NCBI GenBank assembly: GCA_913047395.1
Contig: CAJWUF010000001.1
Location: 18,767-82,766 of the forward strand
Direction of reading: 5' to 3'
DNA: 64,000 nucleotides
Source: an uncultured cyanobacterium
Lineage (GTDB): Bacteria; Cyanobacteriota; Cyanobacteriia; PCC-6307; Cyanobiaceae
In this document: positions 53,317 through 64,000 of the stretch, in pieces
How the letters are laid out: every line of letters starts with the position of its first letter
Position numbering within the stretch: position 1 is the stretch's first letter
The notes under the pieces: model-generated
The model's database searches: none
Told to the model about the DNA's origin: nothing
What the model saw: only the letters and a program-made list of their open reading frames with translations
Program-made: the position numbers and the translations under genes

Positions 53317-54528
53317 TCACTTACTTGACTGATGTAGTAACACTCCGCCAGCAGCCAAAGAAATTAAAATTGGAAGCCAAGGTGCCAACACTGGAGGCAA
53401 GGTGCCTATAAGTCCAAGAGAACTAAAGCTGAAGCTGAGTGTGTAATACCCAAAAATCAGCAGGATGCAAATACCAAATCCCTGGATCCGACTAGTACGA
53501 GAATTAGGTCTTGCACCAAGGCTGCTACCAATCAGACCAAACACCAAACAAGTCATCGGTAAAGTGAATTTTTCTTGAATACGTACCTTTATTTTCCTGA
53601 CCTCTTTACGGTTGCCTGCATCTTTATAAATCTTCTCGGCTTCCATTGCCTGTGCAACCGTCATATTAATTGCATCCTTAGGGAGTTTGGCAACCTTTAC
53701 TGGTCCAGAATCAAGCGAATAAAGATAACGATCAAATTTGATTTTATTCATGCTTCCAGTAGGCGTAAGCGTAAGAATGTTGCCATCAAAAAATTCCCAC
53801 ATCGCCTTTTGCTCATTCCAGACACCTCTATTGGCCTTGAGCATCTGGGTGTAGCCGAGACGAGATAAATCAATCACAGTTACATCCTGCATCTTGTCAC
53901 GATTAAATTCCCTTGAATAAAACAAATGCGTAAGGCCCTGATTAGTGTCCTCGGCCTTCGCGCCTCGAATCTGTCCAAAACGAGAAAACGTGACATGCTT
54001 GCCTTTCTCTGTAGCAATGGACTTGCCAAGAGCACGTTTTAGGACAACATCTGCACTGCTATTCGCTCTTGGCACGATGACATCATTAAAGACAAAAGTA
54101 AGTCCGGTCATAAATATTGCCAGCACCAATGCCGGTGCAATCATCCTTCTAGTTGTGATACCTAGACTGCGCAGTGCCGTGAGTTCACTATTGGAAGAAA
54201 GGCGGCTGTAGGCCAACAATGTGCACAAAAGTGTGGACATCGGAAAGGAGATGACCAGGAAATAAGGCACGCGCAAGCTAAAAGCTTGCAGAGCGAAATG
54301 CAGCGGCAGGTGGAACTCAACAATCTTGCGAACCAAATCAAACATCACTCCCGCGGAGAGGCACACCACGGTGAATGCAACAATTGCGAAAAGCAAAATC
54401 TGTATCAACTCACCTAAAAGCCATCGATCCAATAGAGGAATAAGCCGCCATTTAGAGGAAACCCAGCTCAAGAACTTCATTGGCCAAGACTCATCGTCTT
54501 TCAACTTTGCAAAGCGCCAATAATTCAA
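53317..54528 (-). CDS. lptF: LptF/LptG family LPS export permease
   Basis: SELTALRSLG motif, 3+3 TM architecture; operon with lptB/lptA. Confidence 0.85.
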   Translation of the reverse strand: MNYWRFAKLKDDESWPMKFLSWVSSKWRLIPLLDRWLLGELIQILLFAIVAFTVVCLSAGVMFDLVRKIVEFHLPLHFALQAFSLRVPYFLVISFPMSTLLCTLLAYSRLSSNSELTALRSLGITTRRMIAPALVLAIFMTGLTFVFNDVIVPRANSSADVVLKRALGKSIATEKGKHVTFSRFGQIRGAKAEDTNQGLTHLFYSREFNRDKMQDVTVIDLSRLGYTQMLKANRGVWNEQKAMWEFFDGNILTLTPTGSMNKIKFDRYLYSLDSGPVKVAKLPKDAINMTVAQAMEAEKIYKDAGNRKEVRKIKVRIQEKFTLPMTCLVFGLIGSSLGARPNSRTSRIQGFGICILLIFGYYTLSFSFSSLGLIGTLPPVLAPWLPILISLAAGGVLLHQSSK

Positions 54529-55253
54529 AGCTGAAACCCCTCACCTAGATAGTGACGCCGTACGAGAGGATTGTTTGCAACTTCCTCAGAACGACCTGAA
54601 GCCAGGATGCTGCCTTCAGTAAGGATGTAAGAACGATCAGTGATAGCGAGTGTTTCGCGAACATTGTGATCAGTAATCAGGATGCCCATACCTTGCTGCC
54701 GAAGGGTATGAATCAAACCCTGAAGATCAGCCACTGCCATTGGGTCAACACCAGCGAATGGTTCATCTAACAAGAGATAAGTAGGCCCTTCTAGCCCCAC
54801 CGCTAAGGCTCGGGCCACCTCACAGCGACGTCGTTCACCGCCAGATAGCTGATACCCGCGACGGTCGACAAAAGCACGCAAATGAAAGTCTTCAATCAAC
54901 TGCTCAAGACGATCCAGACGCTCAGACTTGTTCAAGTGACTCTGCGAAAGCGCAATCTTCAAGTTCTGGCGCACAGTGAGCTGACGAAAAACACTTGGCT
55001 CTTGAGGGAGATAGCCCAGACCAAGACGAACTCGATTGGGCATCGACAAGTCCGCTACAGATTTGCCATCAAGCAATACCTGACCGTGATCAGGACGTAA
55101 CAAACCAATTACAAGGTTGAACGTTGTTGTCTTACCCGCGCCATTAGGACCGAGCAAACCAACAACCTCACCTGGATCAAGGCGCAAAGACACATCTTTT
55201 ACCAGGTAGCGGCCTCCGAGGGTGAGCGCTACCTGCTCTAGGCAAAGGCTCAT
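54525..55253 (-). CDS. lptB: LPS export ABC transporter ATPase
   Basis: [43 protein letters not shown]. Confidence 0.95.
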   Translation of the reverse strand: MSLCLEQVALTLGGRYLVKDVSLRLDPGEVVGLLGPNGAGKTTTFNLVIGLLRPDHGQVLLDGKSVADLSMPNRVRLGLGYLPQEPSVFRQLTVRQNLKIALSQSHLNKSERLDRLEQLIEDFHLRAFVDRRGYQLSGGERRRCEVARALAVGLEGPTYLLLDEPFAGVDPMAVADLQGLIHTLRQQGMGILITDHNVRETLAITDRSYILTEGSILASGRSEEVANNPLVRRHYLGEGFQL

Positions 55254-55708
55254 TGATCTAGAGGCGTTTGCGCCGACTTGTTCGATTTGATAAATACTGA
55301 AGTAAATACCTGAGCGCCGGGCTCTGGGTAGGCCTCTGCTTGCTCCTCCTCAAGTAGATAAACAACCCTCTCACCCTTCAAAGTGTTTGCCCCTTCCCTA
55401 ATCACATCAACATCACCGGTAAGCACTACACGGTCTTCATTACTGAAGTACTGAGCCTGTCTAGCGGTGGCAACAATGCCACGGGCTGGATAAACAATGC
55501 GAACGTTCCCTACTGCAGTGACAACCCCTGTGACGCTATCTGCACTCTGTATATCTGACTCAATGGTGATCAAACCTCCTTCTTCTGAAGAAGCAGGGGC
55601 TATACCCTCTTGGCTATAAACAGCTGGGCACGACATCCCAACTAGAGCTGCCGCCAAGACAAGACGAACTTTGAGACTCCTGGTCAAAACTTGGACAAGC
55701 GCAGGCAA
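55250..55708 (-). CDS. lptA: OstA/LptA family protein
   Basis: signal peptide; TAVGNV ... LTGDV beta-jellyroll pattern; coupled to lptB. Confidence 0.85.
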   Translation of the reverse strand: MPALVQVLTRSLKVRLVLAAALVGMSCPAVYSQEGIAPASSEEGGLITIESDIQSADSVTGVVTAVGNVRIVYPARGIVATARQAQYFSNEDRVVLTGDVDVIREGANTLKGERVVYLLEEEQAEAYPEPGAQVFTSVFIKSNKSAQTPLDQ

Positions 55709-55739
55709 AGCGGAACAAGCAAGAAGCTATATAGCTAAT

Positions 55740-56126
55740 TTACCCAGCGGCTTCGCTGTAGTAAATCAACCCTGGGACAGTGCAAACGTCGGGATCCAGC
55801 CCCTGCTGAAGCTGTTGCAAACGTTTGCTCACAGAAGCGCAGAATTTTTCAAGATCCAAACCCAGTCCTGATGCTCCTAACGCCTTTAGACGCCCAAGGC
55901 TCTCGCCATAAAGGATGGTGGCCCCGCGACGATTTCCGCGCTCCAAATGGAGTTGAGCGACGGCTATCTGAAGAATTCCTTGAATGATCCGATGCTCGTG
56001 TCCGGATGTCTCATACCAAAGCTCCTCAAAGGCATCATGGGCGGAATACCAATCAGCAGAGTTAAAAAGTTCCACCGCTTGCTTAAAACGTGAATCGTTG
56101 ATGAGTGCAAAAGGCTGAGATTCCAA
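55740..56126 (-). CDS. DUF309 family protein
   Basis: LFN...WYSAHDAFEELW, QGILQIAVA motifs. Confidence 0.88.
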   Translation of the reverse strand: MESQPFALINDSRFKQAVELFNSADWYSAHDAFEELWYETSGHEHRIIQGILQIAVAQLHLERGNRRGATILYGESLGRLKALGASGLGLDLEKFCASVSKRLQQLQQGLDPDVCTVPGLIYYSEAAG

Positions 56127-56137
56127 CTCCTCGAGAA

Positions 56138-57940
56138 TTAGCGCTTAGCCAACTTCTTAGTTGGTAACTTGCGTAAGCGAATGGACTCTGGTGTGACTTC
56201 AAGCATCTCGTCAGAAGCGATGTACTCAAGGGCTCGTTCAAGAGTCATCTGCAGCGGTGTCTGCAATGTGTCAAGTTCCTCTGCACCAGCAGAGCGGATA
56301 TTGGTTAATTGTTTGGCTTTACATACGTTTAACTCCAGATCTTGAGGGCGACTGTTTTCGCCAACGATCATCCCTTTATATACCTTGGCTCCTGGAGAAA
56401 TAAAGAACTGACCACGATTCTCGGCATTCTTAAGAGCATAGAAAGTGGCAGTACCCTGCTCAAAAGCAATCAAAACACCATTCCGGCGAGCATCAAACTC
56501 ACCCAACATCGGCCGATACTCAAAAAACGAATGGCTCATAATTCCCTCACCCCGTGTAGCACGTACAAACTCTCCACGAAATCCAATCAAACCCCTTGAA
56601 GGAACGACAAATTCAAGCTGAGTGCGACCATCGCTACCTGACTCCATATTCTGCATTTCACCACGACGGACTCCCAACTTTTCGATACAAGCTCCAACCG
56701 CTACATCAGGAACATCTATTACTAAGGTTTCTACAGGCTCACAAGGAATGTCATCAATGGTTCGAAAGATCACCTGGGGTTGGGATACCTGAAACTCAAA
56801 ACCCTCACGGCGCATGGTTTCTATCAAGATGCCCAGGTGTAATTCGCCGCGGCCACTTACTGCAAAACGATCTGGCGAATCAGTGTCCTCAACCCGCAAG
56901 GCAACATTAGTAAGTAATTCCTTATTTAAACGATCTCGCAGCTGACGGCTGGTGACAAATTTGCCCTCTTTCCCGGCGAAGGGAGAGTCATTCACAACAA
57001 AAGTCATCTGCAAAGTAGGCTCATCTACCTTAATCAAAGGCAAAGCCTTCGGTTCATCCGGACAGGCAATAGTTTCGCCAATATTTACTTGATCAAAACC
57101 AGCCAAAGCGACTAGATCGCCTGCCCCAGCTTGCTGTATCTCAACTCGCTGCAGCCCCTCGAAACCTAATAGCTTGCTTATCCGACCACGCTTAATGCTG
57201 CCATCATCCTTTAGCAACAATGCACTCTGACCATTGCGTATAATTCCATTATGAACCCGGCCAATAACAATCCGACCTAGGAAATCTGAATAATCGAGAG
57301 TAGTGATCTGAAGCTGAAGTGGTTTATTCTCATCACCAACCGGCGGCGGAACATGGCGGAGAATAGCATCGAATAGTGGCTTCATATTGTCAGATTCGGT
57401 TGCCATATCAGGCTTGGCAAAACCACCCATACCACTACCGAATAAATACGGAAAATCACATTGGTCATCATCTGCACCTAGCTCAATAAATAAATCAAGA
57501 ACCTTATTTACAGCGGTTTCTGGATCTACCCGTGCACGATCAATCTTGTTAACGAACACAATCGGCCGTAGTCCTTGCTCGAGTGCCTTTTTAAGGACGA
57601 AACGAGTCTGCGGCATAGGGCCCTCATTGGCGTCGACTATCAACAAACAACCATCAACCATGCCAAGAACCCTCTCTACCTCACCTCCAAAATCAGCATG
57701 CCCTGGAGTATCAACAATGTTGATCCGCGTCTGGTTATAAGTAACGGCCGTATTTTTTGAGAGAATCGTAATGCCCCTTTCCCTCTCCAAATCGTTGGAG
57801 TCCATTACACAAGTGGGCACAGCCTCGTTGTCTCGGAAGATCCCGGACTGAGCCAACAGGGCATCTACCAAAGTAGTTTTACCGTGATCAACGTGGGCGA
57901 TAATCGCTATGTTGCGGATCGCCTGGGCCTGGGCGCTCAT
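56138..57940 (-). CDS. typA: translational GTPase TypA/BipA
   Basis: [30 protein letters not shown]; start reassigned to ATG 57940. Confidence 0.97.
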   Translation of the reverse strand: MSAQAQAIRNIAIIAHVDHGKTTLVDALLAQSGIFRDNEAVPTCVMDSNDLERERGITILSKNTAVTYNQTRINIVDTPGHADFGGEVERVLGMVDGCLLIVDANEGPMPQTRFVLKKALEQGLRPIVFVNKIDRARVDPETAVNKVLDLFIELGADDDQCDFPYLFGSGMGGFAKPDMATESDNMKPLFDAILRHVPPPVGDENKPLQLQITTLDYSDFLGRIVIGRVHNGIIRNGQSALLLKDDGSIKRGRISKLLGFEGLQRVEIQQAGAGDLVALAGFDQVNIGETIACPDEPKALPLIKVDEPTLQMTFVVNDSPFAGKEGKFVTSRQLRDRLNKELLTNVALRVEDTDSPDRFAVSGRGELHLGILIETMRREGFEFQVSQPQVIFRTIDDIPCEPVETLVIDVPDVAVGACIEKLGVRRGEMQNMESGSDGRTQLEFVVPSRGLIGFRGEFVRATRGEGIMSHSFFEYRPMLGEFDARRNGVLIAFEQGTATFYALKNAENRGQFFISPGAKVYKGMIVGENSRPQDLELNVCKAKQLTNIRSAGAEELDTLQTPLQMTLERALEYIASDEMLEVTPESIRLRKLPTKKLAKR

Positions 57941-58308
57941 GAGTGCGAGACGTACTAAGGGGAAAGACACGCCCACAGGCGTAGTGGCGAAAGGATATCT
58001 CAATGTGAGATCCAACTTGCCTTCTGCACCGCCGCTACTCACAGGTCAGATATTCCAAGCTAGATACTTTTTCGACTGCTCGAATGGAGCCAAAGAGCAC
58101 ATTTCAGCTGTTTATACATGGCAAGGGCCTCTAGCCAGTCCAAGGGTTCAAGCCATGGTCAGGTAAAAGGATTGGCTGTTTGTAGTTGCCTATCAAGCGC
58201 AAACGCTTGTCCTATAAAAGATCGCCAGAGGCAGCAAAACCCTTTGGATCACTGAGTATTTATTTGGCTAAAACTGAGTAGATTTCTGGAATCCGATCAT
58301 TTTGGTTC

Positions 58309-58761
58309 ATGGCTGCAATCCGCTTGATACCCGCTGTTTTGGCTTTATCGCTCACCCTTGTCTCTTGTCAGTCATCCAGTGAAAAGGCCGCTAATGATCA
58401 GGTCAAGGTTGCACAGGGCGTCGAATTGGTGTGCTCGGCCCGTGATGAGGTTGATCGAGCTGTAGAGGCGTTGAATGCCCTGACGCCTGAATCAACGGTG
58501 GCCCAGGCTGAAAAAACCACTAAATCTCTAGATCAGGCACTTAAAACCCTCAGTAATTCCAAGGAACAGCTCAATAAAGCGGAAGTGAGTGAATACCGTG
58601 ATCAGGTCAAGATCTTCCGTGATGCCGTCCAAGAGGTTCGCAAAGATAAGGATCTAACCCTTGCAGAGGCTGCTGAGCAGCTCAAAGGGAAGGCTGAACC
58701 AGTCATTGCGGCAAGGGAGCAGTTAATGGCCATCACTGTTTGCGTTGAGGTCGAAAAATAG
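58309..58761 (+). CDS. helical lipoprotein of unknown function
   Basis: LVSC lipobox; Ala/Glu/Lys-rich helical body. Confidence 0.8.
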   Translation: MAAIRLIPAVLALSLTLVSCQSSSEKAANDQVKVAQGVELVCSARDEVDRAVEALNALTPESTVAQAEKTTKSLDQALKTLSNSKEQLNKAEVSEYRDQVKIFRDAVQEVRKDKDLTLAEAAEQLKGKAEPVIAAREQLMAITVCVEVEK

Positions 58762-58844
58762 ACCGCAAAGTTGGCGCAGGCTGAACAGCTTTTTGTGGGA
58801 CCACCAAGAAAATGATTTCGAATCCCGCTTCTTTTACTGTGATC

Positions 58845-58883
58845 AGTGCTCACCAGCAGTCACTCAGTCTGCTGGTGAGCACT
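58845..58883. terminator. long hairpin between convergent genes
   Basis: 15-bp perfect stem AGTGCTCACCAGCAG/CTGCTGGTGAGCACT, 9-nt loop. Confidence 0.6.
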
Positions 58884-59095
58884 TTGTAGCTCTAGGCAAT
58901 GTGGGCTTGATCTGAAAGTAATTGGTGAATTCAACTCATAAGGTCGACAGAAACAGGCAAAAACTTAGGCAAAGATATGTCAACTACTTAACACAGTTTG
59001 GGTTTGAAGTATTTCTCTTGACCTGTAAGAAAAGAGCTGGATAAAGCTTCATGCGAAATGCACTAAAGCCTGTCATATCAATTCTTTACATATAG

Positions 59096-59827
59096 CTAAT
59101 CTAATCTACGAGCAGCTTCAAATAGTTGCAGAGCAGAAGCTGAACCCTCAAATCGCCAATGCCAAGGCTCATAAGTCACGCCCTGTGAGTTGCCGGGAGG
59201 AAAGGAGAGTACGAAATGATATCTAGCCGCATTATCTTGCAGCCAACGGAACGCCCAAGTTGATTCAAAACTCTCAGAAAGATTCGCCGCAGGAACTAAT
59301 CCATCACCAAGATCAATGGCATAACCAGTGCTGTGTTCAGAATGACCAGGAGGCGCAGACACTTTGGCCCGTTCGGCTGCTGTCTGATTCCGATCTGATT
59401 TGACCTCAAAAAAGATTTGCTTTTGCAAATCGTGGGAGCGGAAACCACTCAACATCCTTAAATCAACACCATCTGCAGATGCAGCTGCAAGCATGGCACT
59501 CAAAGCTTCAGCCGCTTCATGATGAAGCTCAATTCCAGGTTGCATAACAACCAGATTCTGGTCTGAGGCTTCTGGATATGAAAAGTGTCCGAGCAACCGT
59601 CCATCAGCAGCAGGACGCGCCTGTATGCCCTCAATAGGAGCTGGAACCATAAGCCAGGCAAGCAATCTTTGACCAAATACCACCGTGGTTATGGCGCCTG
59701 CAAACACGATCAAGCAAGCCACTAGCAGTCTCAGGGCTCCCCCCTTAGCCCGTCTCTGAGGACGCGAGCGGCGGGCAACGGGAATGTCATCTCGACTGAT
59801 GCGTCGAGCGCTGACTGCTCGAGCCAC
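59096..59827 (-). CDS. D-alanyl-D-alanine carboxypeptidase (M15B/VanY family)
   Basis: SGFRS, SEHSTGYAID, YEPWHWRF; N-terminal TM anchor. Confidence 0.92.
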   Translation of the reverse strand: MARAVSARRISRDDIPVARRSRPQRRAKGGALRLLVACLIVFAGAITTVVFGQRLLAWLMVPAPIEGIQARPAADGRLLGHFSYPEASDQNLVVMQPGIELHHEAAEALSAMLAAASADGVDLRMLSGFRSHDLQKQIFFEVKSDRNQTAAERAKVSAPPGHSEHSTGYAIDLGDGLVPAANLSESFESTWAFRWLQDNAARYHFVLSFPPGNSQGVTYEPWHWRFEGSASALQLFEAARRLD

Positions 59828-59935
59828 AAATTTGATGCAGTGTTCTATAGATCGTAAGGGGGGGCGCCAGGGGGTCCCAAAATCCCTTTCAGGGAAGTAA
59901 GTTTCATTTAAGTAATTCCGCGGAGCGGATCAAAG

Positions 59936-61309
59936 ATGCTGCGTGTTGCCGTCGTCGGTGGTGGTCCAAGTGGATCATGCGCTGCTGAGGTCCTTGCAAA
60001 AGCAGGTATAGAGACCTGGTTATTCGAACGCAAGCTCGACAACGCCAAGCCTTGTGGTGGAGCGATTCCACTCTGCATGGTTGCTGAATTCGACCTACCC
60101 GAGTCGATCATCGATCGCAAGGTCCGCAACATGAAAATGATATCCCCATCAAATCGTGAGGTGGATATCACTCTGGACAAGGTTTATGGCACAGAATCAA
60201 AAAGTGAATACATCGGTATGTGCCGTAGAGAAATCATGGATGCCTTCCTGCGCAACCGTGCCGCCGAGCTAGGGGCCACCCTGGTCAATGGACTAGTAAC
60301 CAAGATCGAAACCGGCTCAAATAGACAGGGCCCTTATACGATCACTTACTCAGACTATTCAGCTGGCAAGTCCACAGGAGATGCGAAGAACCTAGAGGTT
60401 GACTTAATCATTGGAGCTGATGGAGCCAACAGCCGAGTTGCTAAAGCGATGGATGCAGGCGACTACAACGTCGCAATTGCATTCCAAGAGCGCATAAAAC
60501 TTCCACCAGAAGAAATGAGTTACTACGAAGATCTGGCAGAAATGTATGTAGGCACTGATGTATCGCCCGACTTCTATGGATGGGTCTTCCCCAAGTACGA
60601 CCACGTTGCAGTGGGGACAGGAACTATGCAGAAAAACCAGGCTCTAATAAAAGATTTGCAAGCTGGAGTTCGCGAACGAGCCAAGAAGAGACTTGTTCAT
60701 GGTGAGGTCATCAAAGTCGAAGCCCACCCGATTCCTGAACATCCACGACCACGCAGAGTTGTGGGACGAATGGCCCTTGTGGGGGATGCAGCCGGATACG
60801 TCACCAAGAGCTCTGGTGAAGGCATCTACTTTGCTGCCAAGAGCGGTCGCATGTGTGCCGAACAGATAGTGGAAGCCAGCCAAAGTGGCAAAACAATCCC
60901 CTCAGAAGCCGACCTCAAGAAATATCTAAAGAAGTGGGACCGTAAATACGGAGCCACATACGCAGTTCTATCAATACTCCAAGCCATCTTCTACTCGAAT
61001 GATGCTGCCCGCGAGGCCTTCGTCGCGATGTGCGATGACATAGATGTACAGCGCCTCACTTTCGATAGTTACCTCTATAAAAAAGTTGTCGCGATGAATC
61101 CATGGCAGCAGATCAAACTCTCACTGCTAACTGTGGACGCATTAGCGCGAGGACTTGTGCGTAAAAAAACCGGCTATAAGCCTGTTCCCAGCGCCGTGCG
61201 TAGCGACGAAGAGGTCAATGCCATGCTTGCTGTTAAAACCATCCAAGGTGGTATCAAAGTTGGCCGCAATAAAGCTTCCTCGCAAGAAGATTTGCCGGCA
61301 GACAACTAG
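59936..61309 (+). CDS. chlP: geranylgeranyl reductase
   Basis: GGGPSG, KPCGGAIP, YGWVFPK, GDAAGYV, GEGIYFA. Confidence 0.97.
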   Translation: MLRVAVVGGGPSGSCAAEVLAKAGIETWLFERKLDNAKPCGGAIPLCMVAEFDLPESIIDRKVRNMKMISPSNREVDITLDKVYGTESKSEYIGMCRREIMDAFLRNRAAELGATLVNGLVTKIETGSNRQGPYTITYSDYSAGKSTGDAKNLEVDLIIGADGANSRVAKAMDAGDYNVAIAFQERIKLPPEEMSYYEDLAEMYVGTDVSPDFYGWVFPKYDHVAVGTGTMQKNQALIKDLQAGVRERAKKRLVHGEVIKVEAHPIPEHPRPRRVVGRMALVGDAAGYVTKSSGEGIYFAAKSGRMCAEQIVEASQSGKTIPSEADLKKYLKKWDRKYGATYAVLSILQAIFYSNDAAREAFVAMCDDIDVQRLTFDSYLYKKVVAMNPWQQIKLSLLTVDALARGLVRKKTGYKPVPSAVRSDEEVNAMLAVKTIQGGIKVGRNKASSQEDLPADN

Positions 61310-61341
61310 TGAAATAGCACTGGTTTTGCGAGCAAATCGCA

Positions 61342-61373
61342 AGTAGCAGATGCCAGAGCTCGCTTCTGCTACT
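61342..61373. terminator. stem-loop between convergent chlP and glyS
   Basis: AGTAGCAGA ... TCTGCTACT inverted repeat. Confidence 0.5.
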
Positions 61374-63538
61374 CAACCTTTGATTTGGCTGAAATCGGCG
61401 AGCACACCAGCTTGATTGCGCAAAATTCCAAGCAAATTAAGGCGATTGGCTCGCACAGCAAGATCGTCAGTCATGACCATGACACTCTGATCGCCATCGA
61501 AGAAAGCCGCGAGAGCCTCTGATCCGGAAGTCAAACCTTCTGCAAGCTGGCTATAACGCTCACTTGAAGAATCTTTGCTAATCGGCTCAAGAGCCTCGAG
61601 CACCTTCAACATTTCCGCCTCACAAGCTTTTTCGAACAAGTCAGGATCAACAACCTCGGCAGCACTGAGCACATCTGCTGGCAGATCACCTTTCTCCGCC
61701 AGGCGTGCCGCTCTAGTAACCACAGCCTGTACCGCTAACAACTCACCAGTTCGACGCATCTCTACAAGCAAATCTGCACGCATTCGCGCATCGGCCGGAT
61801 CAGAAAGAAGACGTTCAATCAACACAGTCTCACCAGCAACCGCTTGGACAAGATCGATATCAGTGCCTACCTCCTCCAACAAGCTGAGCATGCGCTGGCG
61901 AAGAAACTCACACAATTCAGCGGCCAAGGCGGAGGGATCAACCTTGTAATGAGGCAGAAGCTTGCTCCAATTAGTAGTGGCTTGCTCCAGCAGAGCGATG
62001 AGGTCAAGCCGCCACCCCTTAGACCAAAGGATTTGCAAAAGGCCATTGCCCGCACGACGCAAGGCATAGGGGTCTGATGAGCCACTTGGGCGCTCACCCT
62101 TGGCATAGATGCTGAGCAGCAATTCAAGGCGTTCCGCTAGAGCTAGTACGGCTCCCGCATCGGACTCCGGCAATGCATCCCCTGATCCACGGGGTAAGTA
62201 ATGCTCCAAAACCGCAAGTGCTACTTCTCTAGGTTCACCTTCAGCGAGCAAGTATTTCCCCCCAATTACTCCTTGCAACTCAGGGAATTCCCCCACCATC
62301 TGACTTACCAGATCGTGTTTACAAAGATGAGCAGCTCTGCGTGCCTTAACCGAAATAGGAGCAGACATATCGAGCTGATCAACGAGCAAGTCGGTTAACC
62401 ATTCGATTCGCTCAACACGATCAAGTAGAGAGCCAAGACCCTCAGCAAAGGTCACGCGAGCTAGCTGTTCTCGCCGGTCAATGCTGGCTATAGAACGATC
62501 AACTTCAACAAAGAACTCTGCATCCGCCAACCTTGCTTTGAGCACCCGCTCATTGCCACGCCGCACCGTATCGCTTGCTTCAACGAGCCCATTAGCTATG
62601 CATAGGAATCTAGGCAGAAGACTGCACCTAGCATCTAGCGCAAGGGGATCATTGGCAGCCTCAAGCAGGTAGAGGGGCACATAGCGCTGATGCAACCGCA
62701 TCACAGTGCTGAGAACTTCAGCAGGTAGATCTAGATATGACTCATCCACCGCCCCCTCTAAAAGGAAGGGTGCCTCCACAAGGTCAGTGAGCTCCTCAAA
62801 AAGATCATCAGGGCAATCAGGGCATGCTTCAAGCTCAGCAGCAGCTTTTTCAATTGCACGCTGAATCAAGGCAGCACGCTCCTGCCGATCTACCGCCACG
62901 CCAACATCGGCGAGGGTCTGAACGTAACTATCTGCTGATGGAATGATTACTGCATCACCGTGAAGTCGATTCCCACGGCTGAGGTTTGACGCACAAATTT
63001 CCGGGTCACTACCTTCTAAACGCAATGGGATGATTTGCTCATCTAAAAGCGCCACAAGCCAACGAATAGGACGAGAAAAACGTCTTTCACCGTCACCCCA
63101 GCGCATAAAACGTCTGCCCTGAAGACAACCAATCCAGGCGAGTATTTGTTGGGGCAACAACTCAATGGCTGGGCGTCCACGCTCAAGAACCTTTGCAAAA
63201 ACGAAAGCTCCCTTTGGCGTATCGCGCAGTTCGAGAGCTTCTGGTGGAAGACCACAGCGCTTGGCGAAGCCAATTGCCGCCTGTGTTGGCACGTCATTTT
63301 TGAATGCCTGACCAGCAGGAGGCCCCTTGCGTACTTCCTCTAGGTCCTCAGCAGCGCTGGCCAAGTCTTCTACCAACACAACAAGTCGCCGAGGGGTGCT
63401 GGTGCAATGGATCTTGCCGTAACTCAGGCGAAGACTCTGCAAATCACGATCAACCATCTGCTCGAGCTGGGGCAGTGCCAGACGGGCAAAATCAGCTGGC
63501 AACTCCTCAGTGCCAATCTCCAGCAGAAAGGTCGACAC
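61373..63538 (-). CDS. glyS: glycine--tRNA ligase beta subunit
   Basis: LLEIGTEELP, TPRRL, RPIRW, EFPELQG, SSDPYALRR, NRL. Confidence 0.97.
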   Translation of the reverse strand: MSTFLLEIGTEELPADFARLALPQLEQMVDRDLQSLRLSYGKIHCTSTPRRLVVLVEDLASAAEDLEEVRKGPPAGQAFKNDVPTQAAIGFAKRCGLPPEALELRDTPKGAFVFAKVLERGRPAIELLPQQILAWIGCLQGRRFMRWGDGERRFSRPIRWLVALLDEQIIPLRLEGSDPEICASNLSRGNRLHGDAVIIPSADSYVQTLADVGVAVDRQERAALIQRAIEKAAAELEACPDCPDDLFEELTDLVEAPFLLEGAVDESYLDLPAEVLSTVMRLHQRYVPLYLLEAANDPLALDARCSLLPRFLCIANGLVEASDTVRRGNERVLKARLADAEFFVEVDRSIASIDRREQLARVTFAEGLGSLLDRVERIEWLTDLLVDQLDMSAPISVKARRAAHLCKHDLVSQMVGEFPELQGVIGGKYLLAEGEPREVALAVLEHYLPRGSGDALPESDAGAVLALAERLELLLSIYAKGERPSGSSDPYALRRAGNGLLQILWSKGWRLDLIALLEQATTNWSKLLPHYKVDPSALAAELCEFLRQRMLSLLEEVGTDIDLVQAVAGETVLIERLLSDPADARMRADLLVEMRRTGELLAVQAVVTRAARLAEKGDLPADVLSAAEVVDPDLFEKACEAEMLKVLEALEPISKDSSSERYSQLAEGLTSGSEALAAFFDGDQSVMVMTDDLAVRANRLNLLGILRNQAGVLADFSQIKG

Positions 63539-63633
63539 AAAGACAAGTCATCGCCGCCACCCACTCTATTCAAGGGAGCTCCTCAAAAGGTCATGTGCAT
63601 TTCGCTACGGTGGATTAGGAAAATGATGACGCC

Positions 63634-64000
63634 GTGACCGAAGGGCAGACAGCATCTGGCCAAACGGCAGATCAAAAATTCTCACCTTGCATCGCCAACG
63701 GAGCGGATCAAAGCAAGTTCGAAAAATTCAAAGCTGACAGCAATTATTTATTAAACCCACTGGCCGCTGAGCTTAAAGACGACAGCGATCACTTCAGTGA
63801 CGACGCTGTCCAGCTGCTCAAATTCCATGGGAGCTATCAACAAGACAACCGAGATGATCGCAAAAAAGGACAAGGTAAGAACTGGCAACTGATGCTGCGT
63901 CTGCGCAGCCCAGGTGGACGAATACCAGCAGAGCTGTTCCTAGCCTTGGACGACCTGTCTGATCGACTCGGCAACGGAACCATAAGGGCCACTACCCGAC
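63634..64000 (+). CDS. sir: ferredoxin-dependent sulfite reductase, 5' part (runs off window)
   Basis: manual translation from GTG 63634: ...[10 protein letters not shown]...[15 protein letters not shown]...MLRLRSPGG...TIRATTR. Confidence 0.9.
   Translation, partial: MTEGQTASGQTADQKFSPCIANGADQSKFEKFKADSNYLLNPLAAELKDDSDHFSDDAVQLLKFHGSYQQDNRDDRKKGQGKNWQLMLRLRSPGGRIPAELFLALDDLSDRLGNGTIRATTR

Noticed and set aside
57941-58042. N-terminal extension of TypA in the ORF track (similar extensions on fba, gnd, upp and the pentapeptide protein)
   Set aside because: Artefact of taking the most upstream start; conserved sequence begins at downstream ATGs.
58800-58835. TTCGAATCCC resembling a tRNA T-loop
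   Set aside because: No cloverleaf or acceptor stem can be formed around it.
1-64000. CRISPR arrays, IS elements, prophage genes, rRNA/tRNA
   Set aside because: No spaced direct repeats, transposase/integrase motifs or structural RNA signatures were seen by eye; the many short antisense ORFs overlapping core genes are treated as shadows.

Overview
Chromosomal segment of a marine picocyanobacterium (Prochlorococcus/Synechococcus lineage; core genes about 50% GC by spot counts, proteobacterial-type PRK, HIP1 octamer rare). The core gene backbone runs proB-lpxD-leuB-prk-pilD-accD-fba-purQS ... cobW-upp-ilvD ... pgl-gnd-glgC-hemA-glpX-rpe-ccsA-lptFBA-typA-chlP-glyS-sir. Two accessory regions interrupt it. 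(1) About 12.1-34.1 kb: a 1577-aa fused pyruvate:ferredoxin/flavodoxin oxidoreductase of non-cyanobacterial type, a Na+/H+ antiporter, two MAPEG-like proteins, a glutamine-riboswitch/DUF4278 unit, small ORFs, and glycine betaine synthesis and uptake genes. (2) About 40.2-45.2 kb: an intact form II RuBisCO (cbbM), a lipoprotein Cu/Zn SOD lacking the catalytic Arg, a 2Fe-2S ferredoxin, a frameshifted ArsR-type regulator and a second glutamine-riboswitch/DUF4278 unit. The best candidate system is a horizontally acquired low-oxygen carbon module (form II RuBisCO + PFOR + ferredoxin + SOD) placed among the Calvin/OPP/glycogen genes of an oxygenic phototroph, which suggests an oxygen-deficient-zone Prochlorococcus-like host. 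No tRNA, rRNA, CRISPR array, integrase or transposase was seen. All calls come from reading the sequence; no database searches were run.
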